Source: Octopus vulgaris (taxonomy: Eukaryota). From it: a stretch of 64,000 bases of DNA. A program made the position numbers and the translations under genes. Numbering within the stretch: the first letter of the stretch is position 1; each line of letters opens with the position of its first letter. The stretch lies in assembly GCA_951406725.2 (NCBI GenBank), contig OX597816.1:46314001-46378000 (forward strand), read 5' to 3'. Below, one piece after another: positions 26,860-39,984 of the stretch. The notes under the pieces were generated by a model. That model saw nothing but the letters and a program-made list of their open reading frames with translations, had not been told where the DNA came from and did no database searches.

Positions 26860-27800
26860 TAGCTGTGTGGTTAAGAAGCTAGTTTTTCAAACACCTGGTT
26901 TAGGGTTCAGTCCCACTGCGTGGAACTGAGAGCAAGTGTCTTCTTCTATAACTCCGGGTCGACCAATGGCTTGTGGGTAAATTTGAGAGACGAAAACCGC
27001 GTGGAACCCGTCGTACATACACACATACACACATACATCTGCCAAGTGTAAGCATAACAGGCCGGATATTGTTATTTGGGACAGACAAGAAAAAGTATGT
27101 ACTGTCGTAGAGGTAAGCTGTCCTGCTGATGTGATTATCTCTTTCAAAATCAAAGGAAAAGAAAATATCTATGGACAACTGCTCTGAAACCTCCAGCTTC
27201 TATATCCAGATTACAAATTTACATTTATAACAATAATAATTGGAGCATTTGGTTTTGTAAGTAAACGCCTAACTCTCAGTTTGGATAAGCTTGGATTTCC
27301 AGAAAAAGAAATCAACCAACTGATTCACACATCACAATTACAATCTGTAAGCGGAAAAGTAAAATTATGCAAGACTTTTCTCAGGTTCAAAAGATAGAGC
27401 TTTGTATCTTTGTTAGAAACCAGCTCATTCTTCAGAGGAAGAATTTAAATGAATACAGAGGAGACATACATGCATACTTACATACGTACGTACGTACGTA
27501 TGTATGTATGTATGTATGTATGTATGTATGTATGTATGTATGTATGTATGTATGTACGTACGTATGTATGTATGTATGTATGTATGTACGTATGTATGTA
27601 TGTCTTTGTGTTTGTCCCTCTCCCACGCACTACTTCACAACCGGTATTGGTTTGTTCACCTCCTCGTAACTTGGTGGTTCGGTAAAAGACTTTTTTAAAA
27701 AAAAGACATAAATACTGGGGTGGATTGTTCCACTACTAAACCCTTCAAAGTGATGCTCCAGCATGGCTGCAGTCCAATGACTGAAACCAGCAAAAGATAA
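26860..27800 (+). mobile_element. SINE family B split by an RLE retrotransposon
   Basis: Head at 26860-27015, tail at 27600-27800. Confidence 0.7.
27036..27465 (+). mobile_element. RLE non-LTR 3' fragment, subfamily 2, nested in the SINE B microsatellite
   Basis: SAKCKHNRPDIVIWDRQEKVCTVVEVSCPADV..NLQLLYPDYKF; CATA repeats on both sides. Confidence 0.8.
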
Positions 27801-29090
27801 GAGATCAGATATCCCCTTTCATCCAACCGAGTACAAAGAATGAACCTAAGAACACATTATCCTGCAACCGCATAGTGGCTCCTTCGTTATGTGTGTACGT
27901 GTATGTGTGATCACAAATCATCACTGACTGAGCGGACTTATGTTCTTTCAATCGTGACTATTTCATCTGTGTTTTTTTCCTTCTTTTCTTCTAAAGCCAC
28001 AGCGTATCTAGAACGATTTTACCCAATATAAATCACGATTTTTCTTTGTGACTTAAACAAATGCAGCAAATTTGGAAAGTCTTAAAAATGTCCAATACAA
28101 TCCCTTGCGGTAGTTGTTCTGGTGTACGAGACGTTTTGGCGCAGCCGTTTTGGCATCGCTGATTTGACAAAATTCACTCGTTTAATTGTTTCTCTCGTTC
28201 AAGATTATTCGGTCATTTTCTTTTTCTTTTTTTATTATTTTCAGAGAGTGTATCGATGACTACATTATTCAATACATCAGTCAATATATTATTCCGTTGT
28301 GGAGAGGTGTGGTGTCAATAAATTAAGTACCAGTAAGATATTGAGGTTCATACAACTGATATTGTATTTACTGCCCGTTAGACAATAAAGAAGTTATTTT
28401 CGTTGGTGTTGGAGACACGAAGGTACAACGACAGCAGCAGAGAACTAACTGAGAAGCTGGTAGTTCGTATCTTAGCAGCTCATCTCTTTCATGGTATTTT
28501 AGCTCTCAAATGGACCAGTCCATTCAGGGGAGTAGAGAACACAACAGCAATGTCAAACAAACAAGAAGCTTGTAAAAAAAACGTCAGTTAAATTTATCCC
28601 CTGTGTCAAGATTAAAAAGTAGATAGTCTCCGCCCAATTAACGTCCTTCACGTGATGTTGAGTTATCTTTAACAACGCACAATGCACTATGTTATTGGCA
28701 TCAGAAGAAAATAGGACATTACGACATTCATCTGCTGTTACCAAGTGTATTGGTTGTGTATATGAACGGATAAATGAAGAATAGAAGAAAGAAAAAAAAA
28801 AGATTAAAAAGAAAGAAACACTTTTAGTCGAGAGTTTGAAAAGGTTTCTGTTTAATATAATTTCATGTCGGTCATCCAGACACGTTTTTCTTCTTTCTCC
28901 GATTTTTTTCCCTTCTTCTCTCTATGTTTTCTTTCTTCATTCCTTTCTGTAGAAGAGCGTAGGCTGGAAATATCAAAGACAGTTCCATTTTTCCTGAGCG
29001 TCGAACTAATACACCTTGTTTGTTGTTCTCTCACATGTCTCTTGTCTTTCGTTTTTTGATTTTTTTGAACAATTTTGAACCATATGTATG

Positions 29091-29252
29091 TCTCTTCTAT
29101 TTTTTAATTATTATTATAAATCTGAGGAAGGAGCAGGCTTCCAACAAAGATACAAGGCTCCATCTTTGGGATGTAGTTAACATTTGGAACTTGAGAAAAT
29201 TCTTGCGTATTTTTACTGTTCCACTCACAGATTGCACTTATAATGTACGAAT
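29091..29252 (-). mobile_element. RLE non-LTR extreme 3' fragment, subfamily 2
   Basis: Reverse complement matches about 23945-24100; TATG repeats on both sides. Confidence 0.7.
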
Positions 29253-29271
29253 GTATGTATGTATGTATGTC

Positions 29272-29586
29272 ACCGTGACATTTTTTTCCGTGACCGACCA
29301 GGCTATCAGATGTTGTTACACATCGCTGGTCACAATGCGCTTCGCATTGTTTTAGCCTTGAAATGACGCCACCCCGTTGGCTAAGCGAGCAGGCCAACAG
29401 AAGAAAGAGTGAGAGAAAGTTGTGGCGAAAGAGTACAGCAGGGATCGCCACCACCCCCTGCCGGAGCCTCGTGGAGATTTAGGTGTTTTCGCTCAATAAA
29501 CACTCACAACGCCCGGTCTGGGAATCGAAACCGCGATCCTACGACCGTGAGTCCGCTGCCCTAACCACTAGGCCATTGCGCCTCCA
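29272..29586 (-). mobile_element. SINE head family C (tail type 2)
   Basis: Homologous to 25500-25783. Confidence 0.85.
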
Positions 29587-30091
29587 CATGTATGTATGTA
29601 TGTATGTAAATAGATATACACATACATATCTTCCCACCCATATATACAAAGCTGACGACTTTTTTAACCAGCCCGTCGGTAACTACGACACCAGTTATGT
29701 ATTTGTGTGTGAGTGTGCGTGTGTGTGTGTGTGTGTGTGTGTTTATCATATTAACTGCTGGAAGAATGAGCATTCAATATCATAGCAGAGACTAATAATA
29801 TTTTAATTTTGGTTGAGTCAGTCTCTTTACTACTCAATAAGCACACACGTGAAACTCCAGATTAACAAGAGGGTGACTCAACCAAAAATTAAACAAAGTA
29901 ATTGCTTCCCAACCACATTGTTCCGGGTTCAGTTTCCGTAAAGCTAGCGGTTCTGCAAAAGTAAGTACTAGGGTGGGGGGTCATTCAGCTAAACCCTTTA
30001 TGGCAGTGCCCCAGCATGACCACAGTCTAACGTCTGGAACAAGTAAAAAACAAAGATAATATATATAATTCTTTAACAAAAATAGCGTTGA

Positions 30092-30134
30092 CCGTGACTT
30101 TGAAGTTTCGGCCAGCTAAGCAATCATCGGACTG
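30092..30134 (-). ncRNA. Degenerate hammerhead motif, same family as 20545
   Basis: cagt CCGATGA t tgct tagct ggcc GAA ACT tcaa AGT C acgg; partial inverted copy at about 30140-30170. Confidence 0.45.
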
Positions 30135-30622
30135 TTCTGTGATGGCTAACATCGAAGTCATGATCAATAGTCTTTTCCTCACGTGACCATCTTTCTTTCC
30201 TGCACGGCCCTTCTAATGACTGGACGTCCCCTATCTCTCTCTCTCTCTTCTATCTTTTCTCTTTTCAAAGAAAATATTTCTCTCAGCGTTCGCTATTTTC
30301 CCCTCGTTCAGGTCTAACGACTCTACATGTTTGTTTTCGTTCGATTCCCCTGTATGTCTTTACTCTCCTGTTTTTGTTCCTAACTTTGACTCTCCATAAA
30401 TCCTAAATTCTATTTTGGTATTTATGGACGCAACAGTCTTCGAAGACCCATATTGTCGTTGATTGCTCGAAATGGAGGATGAACAGCCGACAACTGATGA
30501 AGGGTCGTTCTTTGTATCCTTTGTATTACTTATCTTGTTTTCCATTTTTCTCTCGTTATTTGCGTATTTAACTCATTTGTTTTCATATTTCATGTTGTTT
30601 ACTGTTGGTGACGTTCTGTACC

Positions 30623-30698
<76 letters not shown>

Positions 30699-30844
30699 AT
30701 ATATGTATGTGTATATATATATGTGTGTGTATATATATATATATGTCTGTGTATCTACATATATATATTATGTGTGTATATATATTTATATATATCTATG
30801 ATATATATATATATAGATGATGTGTGTATCTATATATATATGTG

Positions 30845-30876
<32 letters not shown>

Positions 30877-30901
30877 TATATATATATATACACACACACA
30901 C

Positions 30902-30984
<83 letters not shown>

Positions 30985-30986
<2 letters not shown>

Positions 30987-31196
30987 GGCGGCGAGCTGAC
31001 AGAATCGGTAGCACGCCTGGCGAAATGCTTAGCGATATTTCGTCTGTCTGCACGTTCTGAGTTCAAATTCCGGTCGACTTTGCCTTTCATCCTTTCGGCG
31101 TCGATAAATTAAGTACCTGTGAATCACTGAGGTCGATATAATCGACAAGTCCCATCCCCCAAAATTACAGGCCTTGTGCCTTTAGTAGAAAGGATT
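30985..31196 (+). mobile_element. SINE family A
   Basis: Homologous to family A. Confidence 0.85.
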
Positions 31197-32113
31197 TTAT
31201 ATATGTGCGTGCGTGTGTGTGTGTGTATTCGCGTACAAGCATATTGATATTGTCACGAATTTAAGTTTGCCCTTGCCTCTACTTAGAAAATAACTATTCC
31301 AGATAAAGGAAACATGATATTTTAAGTAAGATAAATTTATTGTATACGTTAAGTGACACCACCCTAACATCTCATTACTCAGAGTTTCATTTCCGTAGTC
31401 AGTATTTAGGTAAGGTTGTTTTGTGTTGCGTATTCGACTAAGGCCGAATGACACAGTACTTAGTCATTGGGATCAGAACACCATTCTGACCTCTTCAAGA
31501 TATATGTCATAGTGAAGAAATATCTCTACTACGAACTCTGCTATCTCATTACGACCTCAAAGCTTTTGTATAATACTGTCAGAAAATATATGTGTGAGAA
31601 CGTGAAAGAAATAAAATGCGTTGATCGAGAATCGAATCTATGCAGCAGATTCAGCATACTAGAAGTATATGTTCCATGCCACTTGCCTAACGAAAATCTT
31701 TATACAAATCACAAATGCTCTCACCGACAGTAGGATGGGTAAGTTACAGAGATAAATAAAACGGATCTAGTTAAAGTGATTCACAGAATCTGCATTTTTT
31801 TTAAAGGAAGTAAAAAATCTGAAAATCGGTTATATTGATGTGTAGTTTTCCACTTTTATTGCTGTGAACCCCATGATCTTGCGGAGAAAATATTTAAGGA
31901 AAAAGTTACAGAATTTTGAAAAGAATATAAGTGTACTGCAATTGAAAAAAGGATGCGGAGCACTGGATTAAAGTAACAAGTCCATCAAAATTCCTAGCTG
32001 ATTATGTAGAGGGGTGGCGGAATCAAGCGGAAGGCTACGCATAAGATGGATGAGGAGGAGGAGAACGAGCATAAGACGGCGAAAATGAAGAAGAAGAAGA
32101 AGAAGAAAAATTA

Positions 32114-32362
32114 GGGCCATATTTAGCGAATCTTTTTAACTTAGCGTATGCTCGTGGTCGGTCAGTACATACAATTCCACTGTTACCGAAATTCGTCTGA
32201 AGAGCAAAAACTTATTTGACCACCAGACGATATTTACCAGCGACAACTGAAAGTGAAGAAACTATTAAATAGATAACTTGACAATCGCCCTTGATTCCCG
32301 GGCAATTGTCAAGTTATCTTAGCATACTCTAAGATAAAAAAAAGATTTGCAGTATATGGCCC
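32114..32362. mobile_element. PIF/Harbinger (Tourist)-like MITE
   Basis: ~40-bp imperfect TIR GGGCCATAT..AATCTTTTT..CTTAG.GTATGCT, TTA/TAA flanks, and an internal 20-bp-stem hairpin at 32271-32319. Confidence 0.65.
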
Positions 32363-32458
32363 TAATTCTTCTTCTTCTTCTTCTTCTTCTTCTTCTTCTT
32401 CTTCTTCTTCTTCTTCTTCTTCTTCTTCTTTTTCTTCTTCTTCTTCTTCTTCTTCTTC

Positions 32459-32493
<35 letters not shown>

Positions 32494-33047
32494 GAGTGAG
32501 AGAGCAGTTCATGCCATCAAAGTGACACTGGGGTAAAATATACGAAGCCCAATATACCCATCATGACTACCCGTCTGATAAGGGTACACCAGGCACATGC
32601 ATCACAACCATATGTGCGCGACATGGTGATCTCATATCAAGATAAACAGCACATGACCTTGCAGGTGGGGCCCAGTTAGAATTTTCTTCAGGTTGAGTAG
32701 CCCATCCCGCTCAAAAGGTCCCTGAATAAGGGTTGTTTAAGGATGTTGAAAGAACCACCCATGTTTCCAGAGGTGAATTATTCAAACCCCAAAGAATCCC
32801 TCTCAACATATGGCTATGATGCTCCCCCACTACTTCTGCTCGTGATCAGAGATGCACATATCGTCAGCCACTAAGGGACATGCTCAACTGGTTAAGGTCA
32901 AACAACTGACAAGCAAATCTGTGGTATTGAGCAGAATATTTGCTGTAGCCCATCTTTTATACCAAGACAAAACAATGTACATGATAACACTTCCAATCAG
33001 TTAAGATCAGAAGCCATGAGAGCCACTGCCTGGTACTGCATCAGGGC
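32494..33047. mobile_element. 554-bp non-coding element embedded in (ATT)n
   Basis: Sharp boundaries with ATT repeats on both sides; no TIR, tRNA box or recognisable ORF seen. Confidence 0.55.
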
Positions 33048-33083
<36 letters not shown>

Positions 33084-33537
33084 CTTCTTCTTCTTCTTCT
33101 TCTTCTTCTTCTTCTTCTTCTTCTTCTTCTTCTTCTTCTTCTTCTTCTTCTTCTTCTTCTTCTTCTTTGTATCCTTCCTCTTGATCCCGCCTTCCCTACA
33201 TAATCTCTACCACACTTACTCATCCCATATACACACTTTTACTAATTTTTTTTGTTTCCTCCTGATATAAGCAAAAAAAAAAAAAACAAGATCTGAAAGA
33301 CGCCCAATGTGACAGTACACTTTTGATACAAGTCTGATGAAATGCTTCTCTAATGTCTAAAACCGCAAACATTACGTAAATTTTTACGTAAAACTGGCGT
33401 TGCAAATAGAGCGGGTACAGAAACACTTGTAACTAATGATTTAAGATGTGCTAAAGAATTTTCATTGTTTTCTTCTTATCGTTTGGATAAAATGTATGTG
33501 TGTGTGTATTTATACAGACACACACATACACACAACA

Positions 33538-33755
33538 CGAGAGGTTGCTGATAAGTTTCTGGCTTTAGGTAAAAGAAAATACAGGAGGATCAGTTAATTA
33601 TGATTTTATTAAACTTATTCCTCTCCCAGATTCACACACTTATTGCAGCGGTCCTTCAGTTTTTCTAAGCCCTGTAAAAGAACTCAGAAGGCTGGGCCTC
33701 CAGGTAAGCCTTTTGGCGACAGCCCTAAAGCCAGGAACTTTCCAACATCCCCTCG
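33538..33755. mobile_element. Mariner-derived MITE
   Basis: TIR CGAG.G.TG.TG.AAAGTT.CTGGCTTTA; second copy at 45218-45434. Confidence 0.8.
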
Positions 33756-34554
33756 TGTGTGTGTGTATGTATTTATATATGTATATATATGCACACATAC
33801 TTACACCCCTCACCCATACACACTGTAACCTTACGTGGTCATAGTAGAAAACTCATGCCCAAAGTGCCTGCCATTGAGCGTTATTGAACTCGGAGACAGT
33901 GGTTTTGTAGGGGAATTTCTTAAGCTTACGGGCATACCTGTACTCTATATTTAGAATACATATGTTGGGCAGATGCATCCTCCTACAACGTACGCAGACA
34001 GACATATACTGTGTTCTAAACCCTGATATGTTTACCAACACAGACAAGAATTTAGATTAAACACGTGGCACGCTAATCGTATTTAACTCACTGATTTCTT
34101 TAGGAAAATCAGCTGTTATATCACCTTACTAAATGTCTCATTATATTCGCTTTTCTTCGCATTCCTCCGGTCCTTATTTTTGTCAGTTCGACCTCCTTCT
34201 CCCGCCCCTCTCTCCCTTCCTTCGTGTTCCTTTCCTTTTTTCGTATCCTATTTCGCAGTTGAGTTTTGTAAGCCTTTCCGTTTATTGGTTTGCTCGTCTT
34301 TCCTCTTGCTCAAGGTGTTTCAGTTACTCCCTATCTCTCTAAATATGTATGTGTGTATTTATGCATGCATGTATGTATGTATGTGTGTGTGTGCGTATGT
34401 GTGTTTCTGTATATATGTATGTTTGCATGAATTTATGTATATGTGTGCATATGTGTGTATGTATGTATGAATTTATGTGTGTGTGTGTGTGTGTGCGTAT
34501 GTATGTATGTATGTATGCATGTATGTGTGCGTATGTGTGAATTTCTGTATGTAT

Positions 34555-34599
<45 letters not shown>

Positions 34600-34974
34600 C
34601 ATACGCATGCACACAAACATACATATATACACACACACATATAATGTTACCGACATTAAATATAGTGTGTGAAACTAAGGCAGTCTACAGAATACTTAGG
34701 TATTCAAGGGAATGGCTAAGGCTTCAAGACAAGGTATAAAATAAAATCACCTGTACACATTTTCTAAATGTTCTTTAGATTACCGAATTTGTTTAAGACA
34801 ACGTGTAAAACGACAAAAATTGTTCTCACGAATCGGCAGGCTGCCAAACACAATTTTGAACTACAACCAGTCGAAATGAGTTCTTGCTTCTTGAAAGCGG
34901 TTCTATGGTTCGGAGATCGATTCCTTAGTGTGACTAACAACGTGGAGAAGTTAGCAATATTTTGGCCACAGTAA

Positions 34975-35185
34975 GGCCGTGAGTGAGCAGAGCTGTTAGA
35001 GCGTTGGACAAAATGCTTGGTGGCATTTTCTTATGGCTCTTTACGTTCTGAGTATATTTTCCTCTGAGGTAGACTTTGCCTTTCGGGGTTCATAAAGTAA
35101 GAACCTGTTGAGCACTGGAGTCGATGTAATCGATTTTCCCCTCTCCTCAAAATTGCTGGCCTTGCGCCAAAATTTGAAACAATAT
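34975..35185 (+). mobile_element. SINE family A (diverged)
   Basis: Homologous to family A. Confidence 0.65.
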
Positions 35186-35188
35186 TTT

Positions 35189-35386
35189 GGCCATGATCAC
35201 AGATGATTAGGACAAATTCTATCGGTTTGGGTACGGTTAAGGTCACCATATCATGGCCATGATCACGGATGATTAGGACAAATTCTATCGGTTTAGGTAC
35301 GGTTAAGGTCACCATATCATGGCCATGATCACGGATGGTTAGGACAAATTCTATCGGTTTGGGTATGGTTAAGGTCACCATATCAT
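35189..35386. repeat. 66-bp minisatellite, three units
   Basis: Unit ggccatgatcacRgatgRttaggacaaattctatcggtttRggtaYggttaaggtcaccatatcat. Confidence 0.95.
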
Positions 35387-36323
35387 TTTTATGCGCAACT
35401 GAAACGTAACCGGAACATTTTTACACGCACGCATACACACACATTGTGAGTTTTTCATGTATGAGAATAAGAACTACTGACAGTGTACTTTGTTAAATAT
35501 TTTTTTTTGAAAGAAGAACAGACCAATTGCGTAGAATTAAAATGGTTAAAATGTATTTTTAAAAAAAAGACATACCACTTCACTAACATTGTACTTAGTT
35601 TAAAGCTTCTGTTTTTCCAATACTTGTTTTCATTGTTATGCATACCTAACAAAGAGGAGGGTTATAAATACCATAACTGAAGCTGCAGAAAAGGTCGCTA
35701 GGTGGCTTTCGATAAAGGGAGGAGGCCTGTAGTTTGCTGGTACTGGTGATGCCAGCTGGGACTTGATATATCCCAGCTTTTAACTAGGCTGGGACTTGAT
35801 ATATCTCATCTTCTAACTAGACTCGAAGTTTTCTGAAGCCTCAGAAACATCACTGATAGTGCATCCCAAACCATCTTTGAGATGCATTTTGGAATTAGAA
35901 TTAAAAGTGCTCAAAATAATAGTAGTGATTGTTGATACAACTAGACTGTTTCTTTTGTCAAGCCATTTTAAGCTATGGGCTTATACTTTGACGACAACTG
36001 AATAAACAACTTTTATTTCGATGTGTATTTTCAAAAAGCTAAAAAAAAATTGAGAAACCAAAAATCTTAAAAAACATTAACAAACAGGAAAATATTTACG
36101 AAAACTTATTTCGAAGTAAAAAAAAACCAACAAAAAAAAAACAACCAAATGAACGAATATCGCCCCAAAGCATTATTTCAGGACATCGGAAAAGGTACAA
36201 AAGGGTTTATGCCAGCTAGCAGTCTTTTGTGTGCATGAGGACTTTACTGGCATTCGTAGACATCCTGTGAATAAACAAATCTTCATCAAGCCAGCTGTAA
36301 CACAATAATCTAGACATTCCAGA

Positions 36324-36505
36324 CAGTGGCGTAGCTAGAATGTGTGATGCCTAAGGAAGATCTTGAGTTTTCCGCTTCAAGCTCCCTCCTTCGCCCTGCT
36401 CCCTCTGCACTCTTATACTGTAGCCCCTAAAGTACCGTCCTCATAAAAGCGTAGCCAGGACCAGACCGATCCATTGCCATTCCCATCTTCCCACTTACGC
36501 TACGG
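36324..36505. mobile_element. Possible hAT-like MITE
   Basis: CAGTGGCGTAGCTAG left end, degenerate right end, 6/8-matching flanks. Confidence 0.45.
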
Positions 36506-37249
36506 AGACCAGACAAAAGTTTGTTAACTTTATGTTATAAGAATAAATATCAGAATGAGGAATGTGTTTATATCAAGGAAAATATACTATACACTTCAAA
36601 ATGTCATAAATTTATAGCGTTGCAATAAATAAGAAACTAAAATGATGCAATATTTAGTTTTTGCATTTGGTTTGCAAGATTCTTGATGTGAATTCATGTA
36701 TTAAAATAGATTTTATTGTATTTCGAGAAGGTCATTATGCCAATAACACACGCACTAGTTAGATTTCACTTCTTTGTTACTCTATAATTGATTTAACTAA
36801 TCGATTGCGAGATTAATCATTCAAGTAGTCAACCATTCAGTTATGTCCTTCAATCACCAAATTGACCTCTTCAATGACACGTCTCTACTCCAGATCAGCT
36901 TCAGGCATAATGACCTGCCCGAGATTCAATGATGATGCAATATATATTATAACATTTCTTTTTAGCTTAGGTTTCATTATTAGCTTTCTTACAATCCTTT
37001 TTCGGATTTCTATTGTCTCTTAAATTGTCTATTGCATACGATTAAGTGTTGCAAATTTCCATTTGCTAAAAATAGAATCCCCCTCCCCGACAACCGGATG
37101 GCTATTGCTAAAAAAATGCCAGGTATTCAATAAAACGTCTAAGATTTATACAATATCAGTAACAAGAAAATATAATATCCTTGTGTGTAACCGGAAACGT
37201 AATGTTATATGTATGTACGTACTCAAGTACGTACGTATGAATGTATGCC

Positions 37250-37935
37250 ATTATTCAGTTTATTTCAAGATTTCTTGCCAATAGAGAAAGAACCGGTTTC
37301 TAACCTAGATCCAAGGCTCCTTCGTTGGAATTTCATCATCATCAACAACAGGGTATTTTTGTTTGTTTGTATGTATGTATGTATGTATTCTCATGCATAT
37401 AGTTGCATATCTAGACATGTTCATATATATTTAAATGATAAACTTCAGTTCCAGTGATGGATTGGATCTGTAGTCTTCGAATTAGCTTTCTGTTTTCTGA
37501 TTTTGAGAAGCTTAATTTCTCAAGATTGGTATTTAGGCAGTGTGCTACATATCCCAGGAGCCCAGTAAATACAGGTGTAAACCTGAACTTGTAATCTGGA
37601 TAGAGTAACTGCAGATTTCTCAATAGCTCAGCATAGGTGTTCTCTTTTTCACTGATCTTCAGCTTTATGTTAACATCCGCTGGGCAGCTAATTTCCACAA
37701 CTGTGCCCAGTTTCTCTTTTCTGTCCCAAATCATTATATCAGGTCTGTTGTGCTTATTGAGGTCTTCGCTGGATTCCACCAGTATTCCTTTTTATTATGA
37801 TGGCTATGGTTTCTACCATATTGTGGATTCTTACTTTGTCCCCAGAATTATCCTTCCGACGGATTTCATTATACAGTGTCTTAGCTACAACGTCATGTCA
37901 CATTGGTAGACAATACCGTGATGGCATTTTCGGAT
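37250..37935 (-). mobile_element. RLE non-LTR 3' fragment, subfamily 1
   Basis: M*HDVVAKTLYNE (RHD motif), KHNRPDIMIWDRKEKLGTVVEISCPADVNIKLKISEKENTYAELLRNLQLLYPDYKF; TATG flanks. Confidence 0.85.
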
Positions 37936-37988
37936 ATGTATGAACGCATGTGTGTATGAATGTATGTGTGTGTGTGTGCTATTTATAG

Positions 37989-38074
<86 letters not shown>

Positions 38075-38075
<1 letters not shown>

Positions 38076-38381
38076 AAGGCGCATGGCTCGGCGGTTAGAG
38101 TGTCGAGCTCACAATCATGAGGTTGTGAGTTCGATTCCCAGATTGGGCTGTGTTGTGTTCTTGAGCAAGACCCTTTATTTCACGTTGCTCCAGTTCACTC
38201 AGCTGTAGAAATGTGTTGCGACGTCATTGGTAACAATTTTTGCCTTTTCCTTGGAGAGGGGAGGTTGGTATACATGAGCGACAGCTGGTCTTTCTTAAAC
38301 AATCTTGCCCATACTTGTACCTCGGAGGGTAACTTTCTAGGTGCAATTCTATGGTTATTCATGACTGAAGGGTGTCTTTAC
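38075..38381 (+). mobile_element. SINE head family D (tail type 5)
   Basis: Homologous to 12461-12789. Confidence 0.8.
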
Positions 38382-38510
38382 TCTTTTATATATAATATAT
38401 ATACATATATACGTATAATGTATGTGTATGTGTGTGTGTGATGTATATGTGTAGATATATAATATATATATGTGTGTGTGTGTGTATATATATATATATG
38501 TTTGTATGTA

Positions 38511-39172
38511 CGAGGGATGTTCATTAAAGATTTTCCCTGACCTACATCCCAAAGACTGAGATAGATGTAACTTGGCATAATTCTCTATATACCCACCGCA
38601 AATGGTGACACACTTCTCCCATTGCTTTATGCAGCTGTGAAGACCTCGTCTGGAGAAGTCGGTAGGTTGCGTCTGGAACCAAGACTTTATTTCGGAAATA
38701 AGTTCGTCATCATCCGAAAAGTGTTTCCCCTTCAATAAAGACTTCATGGTTGGAAAGAGGTGGGAGTCAGATAGTGCAAGGTCGGGAGAGTAAGGGGATG
38801 GGGAAAAATTTCATTGCGGAAGGAGTGTGCTTCTATCTGGGCAACATGCGCATTGTGAACTGGGGCGTTGTCTTGGAGAAGGCGCACTCCTTTGGTCAGC
38901 ATGTCACGCCTCTCTGTTTTGATGGCGTTGCATATTATGCAACAGAGAAACATAATATGCCTCGTTAATTGTGGTGCCCTTTGCCAGAAAATCCATCATC
39001 ACTACTCTGCGCTGGTCCCAAAAAACTGTGAGCATCACCTTGCCTGCTGAGGGCTGGACACGAACCTTCTTTGGAGGTGGTGAGTTATCATGTTTCCATT
39101 GCTTCGACTGGACTTTAGTCTCAGGATCATAGTGATGGACCTATGTTTCGTCCTGTGTGATAAGCCTGCCGA
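38511..39172 (-). pseudogene. Mariner (DD34D) transposase pseudogene, 3' half with one TIR
   Basis: LITQDET*VHHYDPETKVQSKQW..SAGKVMLTVFWD, LLQDNAPVH, frameshifted HPPYSPDL-like region, LKGKHFSDDDEL..WEKCV..GGYIE; TA-CGAGGG terminus. Confidence 0.9.
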
Positions 39173-39984
39173 AAAAGGACATGATGGTGGCGACGAAGAC
39201 GGGGGTTCGTTGAATGTCATGGTGACGAGGTTGGCAAGTCTCAACGTAGCTGCTGTGGTGTTGTCTGGCGTTGTCGCTGGAACTGGCTGTGCCTTTGTGG
39301 TCAGTGGCTAGGCCTTAAAAGGTCTGGAACCAAAAACCTCGGAACGAGGAAAATCCGAGTTTTTATAAGGAGCTGTAGGCTAAAACAGGGTTGTAAACAG
39401 GCTGTCTCATGTGATCCTATTTAGAGCCTCCGACTGGTTATATGCGGCAAGTTGGCGCAATAGCGTAAGAGACAAATTGCGCCAATACCAACCAATCAGA
39501 GTAATGGATACAACGGGATCCAAATTGTGGCCAAAGGCTAGCTGTTCCCTGCTACGTTCAAATGCACGCATATATTAATAAATGGGAGAGAGGAATTTCA
39601 CCCGAGTCTGCATCACAGTTTCATTGTTTGTTTACATCTAACGTTCCCAGATACGAAACGTCGTAACAAAAATCAGTGCTGGCTATAATTTCTATAGAAT
39701 ATCTGTAGAGATAACCTTAATAAGCGATGCAAAGCGCACTGTTAACACAGTTGAACACGGTGTAGACTTATAAAAACATTTGATATACTTTATAGTATAT
39801 TATGGTTGCCTAACGAAATACCGTGTTCCGACAAGTCATTAATATTTACGTACCAGCTTCCAGGAATGTGTTTAATATGTAAACTGATATATCCAATAAC
39901 GTCACGCCGCTGTATTTAATGGCTATTTAACCAATATGTTCGTAGATGATATAGGGTAAGTATCTTATGTACCTAAGTTTTAAC

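Noticed and set aside
35189-35386. CRISPR-like appearance
   Set aside because: Contiguous tandem units without unique spacers, in a eukaryotic context.
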